A stretch of 64,000 nt of DNA, taken from NCBI RefSeq assembly GCF_004010195.1, contig NC_057735.1, forward strand, positions 17,766,865-17,830,864, given 5' to 3'. Positions 1 through 13,309 of this stretch are shown here, piece after piece. The notes beneath the pieces were generated by a model. That model saw nothing but the letters and a program-made list of their open reading frames with translations, was not told the origin of the DNA and made no database searches. Position 1 is the stretch's first letter. Every line of letters begins with the position of its first letter. This DNA comes from Chiloscyllium plagiosum. Taxonomy: Eukaryota. A program made the position numbers and the translations under genes.

Positions 1-455
1 CAGCAACTGCTCTGCCCAACACTGCAAGAAACAAAAGAAGGTTGTGTGCACAGCCCAGACCATCACTGAAGCCAACTTCCCATCCATGGACTCTATCTAC
101 ATGACTCATTGCCACGGAAAGACTGCCAACATCATCAAAGACCTATCCCAACCCGCTAATGCTCTCCTACAAACCTTTCTGTCAGACAGAAGATCCAGAA
201 GCTCAAAAACATGCACCAATAGGTTAAAGAACAGCTTTTCCCCTGTCATTATGAGACTTCAAATAATGCTGATCTTGTTAATGTTGATTTTGTCTTGCAC
301 ATGTCCTGTGCAATGTAAACTCTATCCAAGATTTGTTTTCACCCTATGATCTGTGTGTCCTTGCTTGCTATGATCTGCCTGTACTGCTCATAAACAAAAC
401 TTTTCACTGTACTTAGGTACACATGACAATAAGTCAAATTAATCATTCAATCAAT
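1..455 (+). mobile_element. 3' end of a non-LTR retrotransposon (L2/Rex1-like) with (AATC)n-like tail
   Basis: Degenerate coding tail, then 'cttttcactgtacttaggtac...gacaataa' and short tandem tail; same 3' end recurs near 59790-59865. Confidence 0.5.
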
Positions 456-779
456 CCTGGATCTTCTTGGAAGAGGTTAATTCCAGATGTTGGTTATACA
501 TGAGTAGAAAATGGGACTGCAGTGGCAATTTACCAGGATTGATTATTTTCCTGCTATCTTCAAATTGCCAATCTATAGTAATTGGGACTGGGTTGACCTT
601 GTTAAGTGCAAATCTGCAATAATGAGTAGAATGGGTTCTTTTTTGATTATATATTTTATTGAGATCTGTCTCTTGATTAAATTTAAACAGTATAAAACAT
701 AGGTACTAAGTTAGCCTGGAACAGAGTTTTTTAGAGCAAGAAGATGGGGCTATTTTCTGAGTTTGTATATTGTTAAGGA

Positions 780-1995
780 ACAAAAATGGCCTTCAGTAGA
801 ATGATGTGTTCTTCCTGTTGAATGTGGGAGGTCAGGGAGAGTTTCTATTTTAGTGATGATAATGCCTGCAGTAAATGTGTCTGGTTGCAAATCCTATCAT
901 ATCACATAGATCAGTAGGAACAGCAGTTGGAGGCAATAAGAAATTTACAGGAGCTAGGGGATGTGATTAATTGCATTTATAGGAAGGGAGATAATACGCA
1001 GATACAGTCAGGTAGATGGGCTGCCTTCAGGAAAGGTAGGAGCAGGAGGCAAGTAGTGCAGGAGTCTCCTGTGGCTACCCCATCTCAAACAAGTATGCTG
1101 TTTTGGAAAATATGAGGGATGATGGACTCTCAGGGGAATGTAGCACGAACAGCCAAGTTTCAAATACCGAGAATGGCTCCAATATAATGAAGGCTATACG
1201 TCAAGTTCCAAGCAATCGATTGTGATAGTGGACTCTCTAGTCAGAGGCAAAGGTAGTCATTTCTGCAGCCGGCCGTGAGATATCAGAATGGTGTGTTGCC
1301 TCCCTGGTGACAGGATCAAGGATATCTCGGGTAGGGTGCAGAATGTTCTCAAATGGGAAAGGGACCAGCAGGAAGTTGTTGTACACATTGGAGCTAACGA
1401 CATAGAAAGGAAAAGGATGAGATTCTGAAGGGAGAATGTAGACAGTTTGGCAGGAATTTAAAAAGGAAGGTCCTCAAGATTAATAATATCTGGATTATTC
1501 CGGTGCTACGAGCGAGTGAGGATAGGAATAGGAGGATAGAGCAGATGAATGCATGGCTGAGAAACTGGTGTGGGGAGAAGGATTCACATTTTTGGATCAT
1601 TGCAATCTCTTCTGGGGTAGAAGTGACCTGCGCAAGAAGGATGGATTGCACTTGAATTGGAAGAGGACTAATATACCGGCAGGGAGATTTGCTGGAGCTG
1701 CTCAGGAGGATTTAAACTAGTAAGGTGGGGGTGGGGGGTGAAATTTAAAAGGGACCTAATGGGCAACTGTTTCACACAAAGGGCGGTGCATGTGTGGAAT
1801 GAACTACCAGAAGAGGTGGTGGAGGCTGGTACAATTACAACATTTAAAAGGCATCTGGATGGGTATATGAATAGAAAATGTTTAGAGGGATATGGGCCAA
1901 GTGCTGGCAAGTAGGATTAGATTAGGTTAGGATATCTGGTCGACATGGATGAGTTGGACTGAAGGGTCTATTTCCGGGCTGTGCATCTCTATGTC
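780..1995 (+). mobile_element. Degenerate CR1 LINE pieces: ORF1 esterase region, then a CR1 3' end
   Basis: 'atggtgtgttgcctccctggt' / VVVHIGAND SGNH-like motifs similar to 38368-38784; 1740-1990 matches the CR1 3' end at 30110-30360. Confidence 0.75.
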
Positions 1996-2752
1996 AAACT
2001 ACGAGGTATGTGATAGAGTTTGTTATCCTGGGCCAGTCAGGGAAGCCTTGGCTGATCAACATAACCAAAAGATTTGCAAATCCTCAGTTGAGGGCTGACT
2101 CTGAGCTGGTTGGCTACAGCCAGTGCACTATGCACTAGTAAAAAAGGGTGACTTGGTGACTTGCCTCTGTACAGTTATGCCACAATGCCAATGCGAGGGC
2201 TGTGCTGCCTCATTATGAGGTGAGGTCTGTGCTAAGGCTAAAAGGAGAACAAGAGGGTACCTCCTTTTGCAGCTGCCCCACAGGGAAGGCAGAAATGTTT
2301 TTCCATGCTGGGCCCAGTCAAGCAGGCCCAAGCAAGTCCCTCCAGTTGTGGCAACCCATGAAATTGGTGTTTTTCCCTTGGGCCATGAACCGCCCATTTC
2401 CAGTGGATTCTCCTGGAAGTCTTGGGTGTGCTACTTCTTTACAGTTAGTGGCTTCTCCGTGCACAGGGCTGTTGGGGGGATGTGGTTGGAGAGGGCACCA
2501 TTTTGCCACTGGCAAGGTGGCAGGCAGCACAGCCAGTGAAAATTGAACCTTGTATTGTTTTAATTAGGTGCCTGCCTTCAGTTGTTAGACAGCCATGTAC
2601 TTTTTATTCCACTATCATTACAATAACACAGGGGCAGAATTATGTTGGACGGTCATACTGATGTGGCTCCTTGAGCTTCATCTGCCCACCCTCCCTCCCA
2701 GTCTGGCACCCAATCGCTCCATTATCTCTTGCAGTAACCTTTCAAAATAATT

Positions 2753-2766
2753 GGTTATTTATTAAG
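2753..2766 (+). promoter_or_regulatory. HNF1-like site in gene A promoter
   Basis: GGTTATTTATTAAG vs consensus GGTTAATNATTAAC; lies in a block conserved with the gene C promoter. Confidence 0.5.
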
Positions 2767-2907
2767 TAAAACACTTAACAATGTGAAAAAAAAGCCTGGG
2801 GACACAAACGGTGAAACATTAGACCGAAAGAGATATAACTTTCTTGCATAACACTGCATGTTGTCTTTCCTGTGATGATGAATTTGAGCAGGCATTTTGG
2901 AAATAAT

Positions 2908-2971
2908 ATGACAGTCATTTTGAAATGTGGGATATTATTATTGATTCTCTTTGACTGTCAGGCAAGTGACT
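2908..2971 (+). CDS. Gla gene A exon 1, signal peptide MTVILKCGILLLILFDCQASD
   Basis: Hydrophobic core; phase-1 GTAAGT donor at 2972; closely similar to 41861-41924; in-frame upstream ATGs at 2875/2878. Confidence 0.8.
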
Positions 2972-5012
2972 GTAAGTATCACCTTTTTTCATGAAAATTC
3001 TCTGACCAATCTGTTTCTCATGTTTTTACACACTATTCCAGAATGCCTTTATTACCCCAAATGTGCTAATGAGTCAATGCCTGGCTGAGAATTGCTCGTG
3101 ATCTCATTAATTTGCTGCCACTTTGACACCTGAACTAACTACGCATTACTGGGGCAATTAACAAACCTTTGGTCTTCATTCTGAACTGTGAACTGTCTGT
3201 GCCTCCTTCTCTGTGCATCATCTCCTGAGACATAGTTGTGATCAAGGAATGGGATAATTTTTTTTAAAATTACGTTTTCGTACATTAATGCTTTACAAAG
3301 TATATAACTATTCCTAACTTTATGCTAGAATATTCATATTCATTTCTAGTTAGGTAATTAGGCAATTAGAAAATGCATTTTGGAATGTTCAGTAGATATT
3401 TTAAACCTATGATCCAGGCAAAAACCAGCAGTCAAAATGCTCTAGGTTACGAACGACCTAAAGCTGCCCGGATTTAGCCTCAGAAATCTGAATGGATGAC
3501 CCGGCAGCCCACTTAGAGCAGCAGTGAATTTCATTCAATCAATATCAAACCCTATTCATCCATGGAGATTATAGGTGAATGTAGTCATCCACTTCTCAAT
3601 GTGGGTTTTCCACAGACCTGAGAGGAAAATGTTGTTGTGGCTTTTCTGATAGATGAAGTCAACGGAGAAGAGGATCATTGATCAGATGAGATCATCTTTA
3701 TTTTCCTTTATTTTCTATATTTCCTTTATGAGGCTGGAAGGTGAGCAAGCATTCCTCTGGACTCAAGGGAAGTTGAGGCCTGTCCTATCCCATGTTCCCT
3801 TCTTCTTCTGAAGAAGGCTCACTGGGCCTGAAATGTTATCCCTGATTTCTTTGCACAGATTCTGCCACACCTGTTGTGTTTTTACTGGAATTTCTGTTTT
3901 TGCTCACTACTCCTCCCAGAAATCACCCTTTCCAAACCTACATAATGTCAACTGCCAAACATAGGCTACCTGCTATTGTTCTGAGGGAACAGGTATGAGA
4001 TGTATGTGGCAACATATAATTGAGTTAAAATTACATGGGCCTCTTTTCATTTACAGCAGATTTTTAATTTGGCTGACCACCCAGCGACTAGAAACCAACC
4101 CAAAGTTAGAAGTTGGGCCTGAATATGTATGTTGTAGGTATCAGGCTGACATCAACGTGACTACAACCCATACAGAAAGCCATCTAAATTAAAAGGCCAT
4201 AATGCATGTCATTATGCATGAGATAAAAGATCACAGAACGTGCATCTGAAATTTTGTTACAAGGCTTGTGTTAAAAAAATACAGATTACGTTGTGGTTTG
4301 TGTTTACACGCACAAACATATCAATCTCCCCCATGCCCGTAAATGGATATAAGTTCTGTTTACTGGAAGATCTGTTACAGGATTAGTGAGCAGACAGATT
4401 TATTACAGAAGTTCACCAACTATTGTTAGAGCAAATCACCACTATGCTCATTCATACAATGTGCTGCAAGTTATATTGACATTGGCTGCTGGTCACATGT
4501 TCTATATCCTGACTACTTGTTCATTAGCATGTTCCCTTTTAAAGTGATATCATAACAGATTATGTTGGGTGTGAGTCTATTTGACAGGATTGTGTCTTTC
4601 TTAAATTTTGAAAATGTCTCCATGGCTAAGCAAACATGAATAACTAAATTACTACTGGTATACTTATTTTGTTAATTTTCCTTTATGAGCCAGAGTATTT
4701 TAGCATCAAAAGAATTTGAAAGGAACTTCAACAAAATCATTCCTCAATAGTTTGATAGATTCCAATGACAGTGTTATATCCTGGGAGATTTTAAACCAAG
4801 GTGTTAGCAAATCCAGTGAAACTCCAGCTTAGAATCTTGACTTTTGACATACTTCATACAAAAGAATTTGCATCTATAAGCATCCTTCAGAATTTCTGGA
4901 TATTGCAAAATGGTCCAATCTAACAGGATTAAAATTGGATAATATACCAATACAATGTTTTATATACATCGGCACCAGATTTATTATTACATGACTATTC
5001 AATATTATTGAG

Positions 5013-5149
5013 TGTTTTTACAGAAATCAGCTGCTGCACGGTTTTTGCCTCGATTTGAGTTTTTGAAAGGGAATCTGGAAAGGGAGTGCTGTGAAGAAAC
5101 CTGTTCCAAAGAAGAGGTCCGGGAGGTTTATGAAAATGACCAACCAACT
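5013..5149 (+). CDS. Gla gene A exon 2, propeptide+Gla (L)[45 protein letters not shown]
   Basis: GNLEREC-x-EE-x-C-xx-EE-x-RE Gla signature; carboxylase-recognition propeptide; phase-0 GTAAGG donor; acceptor is GAG. Confidence 0.88.
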
Positions 5150-5289
5150 GTAAGGACTCCACTTTAACCTTCATTTTTGCCTCTTGTCCCATGTTCATTT
5201 TCTCATTTTCATTCTTTCTCTGATCACATATCTGTAAAGATATAAGGTATTCAGGATAAAGGCTGGCTGCAAGATGAAATTTGACTAAT

Positions 5290-5440
5290 GCACCTAACCT
5301 ACACATCCCTGAACACTATAAGCAATTTAGCATGGCCAATCCACCTAACCTGCACATCTTTGGATTGCGGGAGGAAACCAAAGCACTGGGAGGAAACCCA
5401 TGCGAACACAGGGAGAATGTGCAAACTCCACACAGTTGCC
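5290..5440 (-). mobile_element. HE1-like SINE fragment
   Basis: Reverse complement of the SINE body at 6900-7030. Confidence 0.7.
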
Positions 5441-5930
5441 CACACAATGTGATTGTTTAAGTAGTTATTGTTGGATTGTGCACTCTATGGAGGGGTGATT
5501 CTGTCATTCAGTTGCAAAGTGAGAAGCTACGCTCACTGTGTGTCTTTCTCACTATATCAACAATGCACTGCCCTTGACATTCCATTGGTTTAAATCTAAT
5601 GGAAAGAAGATGGCTGCAGTGTCCCTATAAGTTCTACTGTGTTCCTGTTCGCACCAGACTGAAGAATCACTACTGTTGGAATATCCTCCTGTGACACAAA
5701 CACTTGTGTCTTTCCATTGTCTCAACTTCCTTTTTCTATCATCTCTTCTTAAGACGTTTTCCGTCCTTTGACTTGACTTCAATGTTGTGTATCCCATGTG
5801 ATATTCTTTGTGCGGTTAAATAATTATATAAATAGACATTGTTAACATGTTTTTTGGTGCAAATTATTTGTTTTATTTGTGATGTACATTTCTAATTCCT
5901 CTGGATTTAAAATCTCTCTTTTCTTTGCAG

Positions 5931-5961
5931 GAAATATTCTGGTACCTTTACATTCTCAAGA
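5931..5961 (+). CDS. Gla gene A exon 3, aromatic stack EIFWYLYILK
   Basis: ttttctttgcag acceptor; FWxxY motif; phase-1 GTATGT donor; 31 nt. Confidence 0.8.
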
Positions 5962-6229
5962 GTATGTATGATAGTCTTTGATTTGTTAATTTAACAGAAA
6001 AAACATGGATGTGGATATGCTAGAGAAACTGTGTGTCTCCCTCCCATTCAATGGATCTTGATATCCTATAGATATTTTTAATCAACCTCTTTAGATATGT
6101 TATGACACATTTTAGGACACTTTGGGACTTGAACCTAACCTTTTAGTCCACAGGTAGCGACTCCTTGCTTAGCTGTATGGACAGGAAAATTCTATTTTTA
6201 GGAACAATAGAGACAGCAACATAGATTCA

Positions 6230-6592
6230 TAGATTATAGAGTCATAGAGATGTATAGCATGGATACAGACCCTTCGGTCCAACATGACCATGCCAACCAG
6301 ATAACCTAACCTAATCTAGTCCCATTTGCCAGCACTTGGCTCATATCCCTCTAAACCCTTTTCAATTCATATATCCATCCAGATGTCTTTTAATTCTGTA
6401 ATTGTACCAGCCTCCACCACTTCCTCTGGCAGCTCATTTCATGCACACACCACCCTCTGGGTGAAAATATTGCCTCTTAGGTCCCTTTTATATCTTTCCC
6501 CTCTCACCCTAAACCAATGCCCTCTAGTCCTGGGCTCCCCCACCCCAGGGAAAAGACCTTGTCTATTTATCCTATCCATGCTCCTCATGATT
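6230..6592 (-). mobile_element. CR1 LINE 3' end
   Basis: RTRGHWFRVRGERYKRDLRGNIFTQRVV is a typical CR1 ORF2 C-terminus. Confidence 0.85.
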
Positions 6593-6821
6593 TTCTTTGC
6601 AGTCAAGAAATTTCCAGTGACTGTTCCCCCACAAGAAGAAAAGTCCAAAACTATTGACTTTTATAAAGCCTGCATTCTAACATTAACACACTGCAGGTGG
6701 CCTAAACAAAATGACAGTCAAGATTCCATCCCTCAGGGGGAGAAAGCCCATCCTCAAGAGTTGCAGGCCAATCTGATTGACCGCCAGCTCTGTCAGATCA
6801 AGTAGTGCCAGAACTACTTGT

Positions 6822-7135
6822 GGGCGGCATGGTGGCACAGTAGTTAGCACTGCTGCCTCACAGCGCCAGAGACCCGGGTTCAATTCCCGCCTCAGGCGAC
6901 TGACTGTGTGGAGTTTGCACGTTCTCCCCGTGTCTGTGTGGGTTTCCTCCGGGTGCTCCGGTTTCCTCCCACCATCCAAAGATGTGCAGGGTCAGGTGAA
7001 TTGGCCATACTAAATTGCCTGTAGTGTTAGGTAAGGGGTAAATGTAGGGGTAGGGGTGGGTTTCGCTTCGGCGGGTCGGTGTGGACTTGTTGGGCCGAAG
7101 GGCCTGTTTCCACACTGTAATCTAATCTAATCTAA
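6822..7135 (+). mobile_element. Full-length tRNA-derived HE1-like SINE
   Basis: A box tggcacagtag, B box ggttcaattcc, central 'gtggagtttgcacgttctccccgtgtct' domain, CR1-derived tail and (taatc)n. Confidence 0.85.
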
Positions 7136-7171
7136 TGTAAACTCAGTAATGGATGCTATTGGGACTGAAGA

Positions 7172-8105
7172 CATAGAACATAGAACATAGAACAGTATAG
7201 CACAGTACATGCCCTTCAGCCCTCAATATTGTGCCAGCCTTTTATCCTACTCTAAGATCAAACTAACCTACATACCCTTCATTGCACTATCTTCCATGTG
7301 CCTATCCAAGAGTCACTTAAATGTCCCTAATGTATCTGACTCTACTGCTGCTGGCAATGCATTCCACGCACCACCACTCTCTATATAAAGAACCTAGCTC
7401 TGACATCTCCCTTAAACCTTCCTCCAATTACCTTAAAGTTATGCCCCATCATGATAGACATTTCCTCCATGGGAAAAAGTCTCTGGCTATCCACTCTATC
7501 TATGCCTCATGACATCTTGTATACCTCTATCAAGTCACCTCTTATCCTTCTCCACTTTGGTGAGAAAAGCTATGCCCTCCAGGCCAGGCAGCATCCTGCT
7601 TAATCTCCTCTGCACTTTCTCGAAGTCCTCCATATCTTTCCTATAATGAGGTGACCAGAACTGAACACAATATTCCAAGTGTGGTCTAACCAGCGCTCTA
7701 TAGCGCTGCCGCATAACCTTGCGGCTCTTAAACTCAATCCCCCTGCTAATGAAAACCAACACACCATACACCCTATCAAGTTGGGTGGCAACTTTGAGGG
7801 ATCTATGGACATGGACCCCAAGATCCTCTGTTCCTTCACATTGCTAGGAATCCAGCCTTTAACTCTGTCTTCTACATTAAAATTTGACCTTCCAAAGTGA
7901 ATCACTTCACACTTTTCCAGATTAAACTCCATCCTCCACTATCAGTCCAGTTCTGCATACTGTCAATGTCCCATTGCAACTCCCAGCAGCCCTCCACACT
8001 ATCCACAACTCCACCAACCTTTGTGCCTTCAGCAAACCTACTAACCTACCCTTCCACTTCCTCATCCAAATCATTTATGAAAATCACAAAGAGCAAGGGT
8101 CCTGG
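7172..8105 (-). mobile_element. CR1 LINE RT 3' fragment
   Basis: MEFNLEKCEVIHFG and LVRPHLEYCVQFWSP motifs; (catagaa)n tail. Confidence 0.88.
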
Positions 8106-8699
8106 GGGAGACAATTTCAGGAAGATCATTGACATTGTTCAGAAGGACTTTTAGGATAAGATGAATAGTCCACCCTAGAAGGGTGTTGGGAGTGGGCATG
8201 TTTTGGATGTAAGTCAAGGAGGTAAAATCGTGGGTCTATGATCTTTCAGAGGGCTGTTCCAATTGCACCCAAGGATTCCAAATGATATATCCCTTTTCTT
8301 TCATTGTTAAAAAAGTCACAAAAATAGAAGTTTCTAGAAAATTTCAGCGGGTCTGGCAGCATCTGTGAAGAAAGATGAAAGGTAATTTTTCAGGTCCGAT
8401 GACTCTTCCTCAGAACTGGTCTCGAAACATTAACCCTGATTTCTCTTCACAGATGCTGCCAGACCTCCTGAGCTTTGCCAGCAACTTCTGTTTTGTTCCT
8501 GGTTTCAGCATCCACGGTTCTCCTATGCCTATCAATTCCCCAGAGTATTATGGAAGTGAAAGCTGATTAAGGTCTTTATGCTGACAACCATTGGCCACTT
8601 AAGACCTGCATTAGGCTGAAGGTTGAAAGTGTAGTTGGTAAAACACCCACCCTGCATTTGAGGGAACAGGTTGGGAGTTGAGGGACAGGAAAGCAAATA

Positions 8700-9790
8700 C
8701 TCAACATATTTTACATGCCCCTCCCTATATGCAAGTGCACCACCCTCTCCTTTTCCTTCAGGAGCTGAAGGACACTATGTGCTGCCCACTTCCTGATGGA
8801 CCTGTAGGCAAAGGTGTTTTTCTTTGTAAATTTCTCAACAAAGGACAGGTGATACAGGACGGTCCAACTCTTGAAGCATTCTGCGGCAACAAGGCCAGTC
8901 ACATCCTTTGCAACTCCGGGGTCAGGTAGAACCTCAGTATGTAGTGACACTTGGCGTTTTTGTACTGAGCGTCTATGCACAGCTTGATGCAGCCACACAC
9001 AAAGGTGGCCATCAGGATGAGGGTGGTGTTGTGTACATTCAATCCCCCCTTATTCAGAGCTTTGTACATGTTGCCTCTGTAGACACAGTGCATCTTAGAT
9101 TAGCAGATGATTGGGTCAGATTTGCAATACATACAACATTTGAGAAAATGCCTCATACCTGATGACCAGTTTTTTACCCAGAATAGAGAGGGTGTGGTGC
9201 TCCCAAAAGTACAATTTCTACCTCACCTTGGCAATGCGCTCCTCCCAAAACTTTGCACATACCAAGGCCACTCTGAACCATATTCCCAACCATACCTTTC
9301 AGGTAGTCTTTCCTGTTGGTGAAGGGGATAAAGAATCAATCAGCCCAGTTCCCAAAGAACATGACTTCGCTCTTGCCTCGATGTATCTTTGCTCCAGAAG
9401 CCAGTTCAAACTGGTCACAGATGTTTATGAGTCTGCGCACTGACAGCGGATCTGAGCAGAAAACAGTGACAAGAGAGGCTTTCACCTGAAGGTGTCCGCT
9501 GTCTGGAATAGTCGCCCCTCTCAGATTCATTGAGACTACACTAATCATTTTGGTGTACAACAGTTGGATCCAAATGCGGATTCCCTCCCCGAAGCTCATT
9601 TTGGACAGTGGATCCCACATGTAGGTGTGTGAAATCTTGTCAAAGGCCTCCTCCCAGTCCTGGCTGATGAGGCAGCAATCCAACACCGCCCCCTCACATC
9701 CCCTCCCCTCCGCCCCCGCCCTACATGTATGCGATCGTATCCCTGAGAAGCGCGTGACTGTCAGAGATCATTCTTCCTGGTACAATCTTT
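8700..9790 (-). mobile_element. L1/Tx1-clade LINE RT fragment
   Basis: EAFDKISHTYMW and FELASGAKIHRGKSEVMF motifs; frameshifted. Confidence 0.75.
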
Positions 9791-10158
9791 GAATCATCAT
9801 TACAGTGAGAACAATGTTAAATTGCAGTATGAGCTTTTGGAGTAATGGCTTTGCATATCATAGTTTAGAAAAGTGGTCTTTTGACTCATATGATCTTTAA
9901 AACATTTGAAATAACAAGAAACATAGAGACAGCTTCTAATACACAATGGCAATGAGATACAATCCCTAGGCTGCATTGTTGTTATTTTGGATATGAGTTT
10001 GTAAAATTTTAATTTCAGTATCTGCATACTTGGTTTATTTCTACATCTGCTTATGTTATATCACAACTAAATTTTCACATGATTGCAAACTTGTGCTAAT
10101 GACAAGTTTATACTAATTTGTCTTTGGTCTGAGTAACATGAAGTTCTGATTATTTCAG

Positions 10159-10314
10159 AGAATTCAAATCTAAAACACATTCTGGATAATGCAGCGGAAA
10201 TTCTTGAAGAGCAAATGAAAATTAATGAACTTAGAAAGGAGCTCACTGGAAAGAAACAAGAAATCAATGATTTAAAAGAACAACTCTTAGGAAAGTTAGA
10301 AAGTTGTATCGATG
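10159..10314 (+). CDS. Gla gene A exon 4, coiled coil (K)NSNLKHILDNAAEILEEQMKINELRKELTGKKQEINDLKEQLLGKLESCID
   Basis: ttatttcag acceptor; symmetric phase 1-1, 156 nt, open frame; I/L heptads; homologous to 32728-32912. Confidence 0.78.
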
Positions 10315-10488
10315 GTAAATAATAGGAAAGACATTTTACTTTACTTGTTATATTCTGCTAAGGCTGAATCAAACTATGAAGTTTATGTTAAATTTGTAAT
10401 GTTAAACTTCTTGATCAATAATGCTAATGTATGAATGATAAATGACATAAACTGAATGTAGTTTGGGCCTGTTTCATTTGTCTTTTAG

Positions 10489-10520
10489 GAGCTGTGCCTT
10501 CAGGTATTATTGTAGTTTGA
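10489..10520 (+). CDS. Gla gene A probable terminal exon (G)AVPSGIIVV*
   Basis: tttgtcttttag acceptor 174 nt after exon 4; in phase; AATAAA at 10573-10578. Alternative: exon 4 reads through to TAA at 10320-10322. Confidence 0.5.
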
Positions 10521-13309
10521 ATCTAAAATTTCACGTATGAAATATCAAAAAATGCTGTGTTGATAAATTTCTAATAAATTAGCTTCTAGTCACACTTTTA
10601 CTTGAGAGTTCCAGTTTGAATGTAATATAAACAAATCATTTTTTTGTGTTTTATCTTAACATGTATTACTGACCTCTGAATATTTGATATTTCTGAATCA
10701 ATTTGAATAGAAATGGGATTTGTCCAAATACTTTATGAAAAGAACATTTGAGGTGTTCAGAACCTTCTTCAAATATGAATGTTGCCAATTCTCAAAAGCT
10801 CCATAATTAACGATAGGCAACATTGTGTAGTATACATTATTATTTAAAAACACTGATTCAAATCGGTTGCCAAGTTTATTCCGCCATTATGTGTCAGCCT
10901 GATCTCAGTGATAGTATCATCACCTCTGAGTCAAGAGGTTGTATGTTGAAGAACTATTACAAAGTCTTGAGGATGTAGTCTCGTCTGACACTTGGAGGAT
11001 GATGGGTAAGTCTCATTATTGCTAATGAGCAGCATATGTCATTAGTGATGCTGACACACTTGGTGCTAGGACAGAGCCTGCAATGGTGTACAAAATCTCT
11101 CTCCTTCCTACTTGTGTATATGGTGTAATTAGTAAATAATATTGGTATTCCACAATATAAGGACATACATGTCACTCTCTTCACTCTTAATCTTCATCAG
11201 TCCAATTATTTGGTCCAAGAAGATGGAATTCCAGGGTAAAAGTCCAGAATTCCATTGCAACACAAAGACTAATAGATTGTGCAAAAGCTGTACGCTCTCT
11301 ACAACCAGTCACACTCACTATCCAGCAGGTGTTCCTGTACAGCTTATAAATTCAACGTTAAGGTAGAATCAGTTGTTAGCCAGACACCTATCTCACTTCT
11401 CTCTCCAACATTAGTAAGATCTCACAACGACACTATAGTGCAGCACCAAGGGAATGATATGCTCAGAGGAGCCATCTTTTGGAAGAGAAATTAAAGTGAG
11501 ACCTGGCCTGTCCAATTAGGTGAAATAGCATCATTTTGAAAGTTCTCCCAATGTCTGGGCCAATATATATCCTTCATTTGAGCTCATTAGAGCAGATTAT
11601 TCAGCCATTACATCATCGTCAGTTATGGCAATTCATTGTTACAAAATGGTGCCAAGATTTTTGCATTACAACATTCAGGATACAAAGTAATTCTGTGGCT
11701 GTAAAGGCATTTTGGGACCTCCTGAGGTGATAAAAGACTTTATCTTTCAATCCTTCCACCTTCCATCAATTTTACCGGCACTCAGACATCATCTTAGCTT
11801 CCTACTTCATAAAACGTATTTTGTAAGATCTGAGTATCACTGGCCAGGCCAGCATTTGTTGCCCATCTTTGCAAATGTGGTGGTGACCCACCTTGTTGAA
11901 CTGCAGCAGTCCATCTGGTACAGGGACATTCACTATGCTATTAGGAAGGGAGTTCCAGGATTTTGATCCCTGTGAAGGGATGGTGATAAATTTCCATGTT
12001 GGAATGGTATGCACCTTGCTGGGGAACTTGTTTATTTCATCTGCTGCCCTTCTCTGACCATACAATAGAGGTTGCAGGTTCGGATGATTGTTTTAAAGGA
12101 TCCTTGGTGAGTCCCTGTAATGTATCTTGTTTGGCACAAACAATGCTGCTACTTTGCATTGTGGTGGAAAAAAAGAGAATATTTAAGTTAGTGTATTGAG
12201 GTGTCTTTGAGCTACTTTGATCTGGATGGCATGAATTTTCCTGTAAATCTTTGGAACCACATTCATCCATGCACTTGAAGAGTATTCCATCACACTCCTG
12301 ACTTGTTGCTTTTAATGTGCATCTGCATTTTTGCTAATGATGATTTGTGAGTAAAGTTGCAGTGGATTAAATCCATCTCCAAGACAAATTCTGAAAATTG
12401 ATCGCCACTCCCTTGCCCATGCTCAGCATCTCAACTGCACATCTCTAACTGAATCTTCCCAGATGCTAAGCATCCTTTTAGTCAAGTTTCACATTAGGTT
12501 TCTTTCTGTAATGCTTAGCACATTTTGTCACACAATCTTCCCAAAATCACCTCATTAATTACCCACCACACCCCTGTGGTGCATCTTTCACCTGATGCTA
12601 ACCCAATTCTCCCAAATTACTACAACCAGATCTATTTGCCACCACCAGAATACCCCAGAACCTCTGATGTTGGCGTCATTTTTAGAAGCCTGTTATCCAT
12701 CCAGTCAAGTACTGTCAGCCAGAACCAACTTCCTTGGTTGGGACATTTGCCCCTCAATATGACAGATAAGGGGATATTGATGTCATGATCTGCATCTTCC
12801 AGGTGAACTGATCTGAAGGGTGTTTCATGGGCTTGACTGAAAACTACTTCCCTTCAACTTTGACAATTGGCCAATTGGAATGCTCACAGTGTGCTCACTG
12901 CATAAGCTGCAGTGGTGAATTTGACATGGCATGGTACCATACAGCAAGATGTCCCTCCCTCATGTCCACCTCTTGACTGATTATTGTTGTCGGCCATGAC
13001 AAGCTGCATTACTTTGTGCCTGCACTGAGAAATCAAGGCCAGGCAGAAGTACTGTGAGCCTCTTAACTCTTGCTGAGGAGGGGAAACTACAAAATGGCAA
13101 GACAAAGCAGGGATGCTAGAAGCAACTGTGTGGATGCAAAGAGAGCAAGTGCTGAGAGAGCAAGTAAGCAGCCCTGAGACGCAGCATGGTTGAAGCAGTG
13201 AGCTGGGTGCCTGCTGAAGCACACCACAGTGTCAATGTAACAGCATTGCACTGATAAGTTCAGTGCACCTCAGAATGCAGCATTAAAGTGCATAAGTGGA
13301 TCAGAGACA

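Noticed and set aside
6822-6895. tRNA gene
   Set aside because: It is the tRNA-derived head of a SINE that continues into the SINE body and tail
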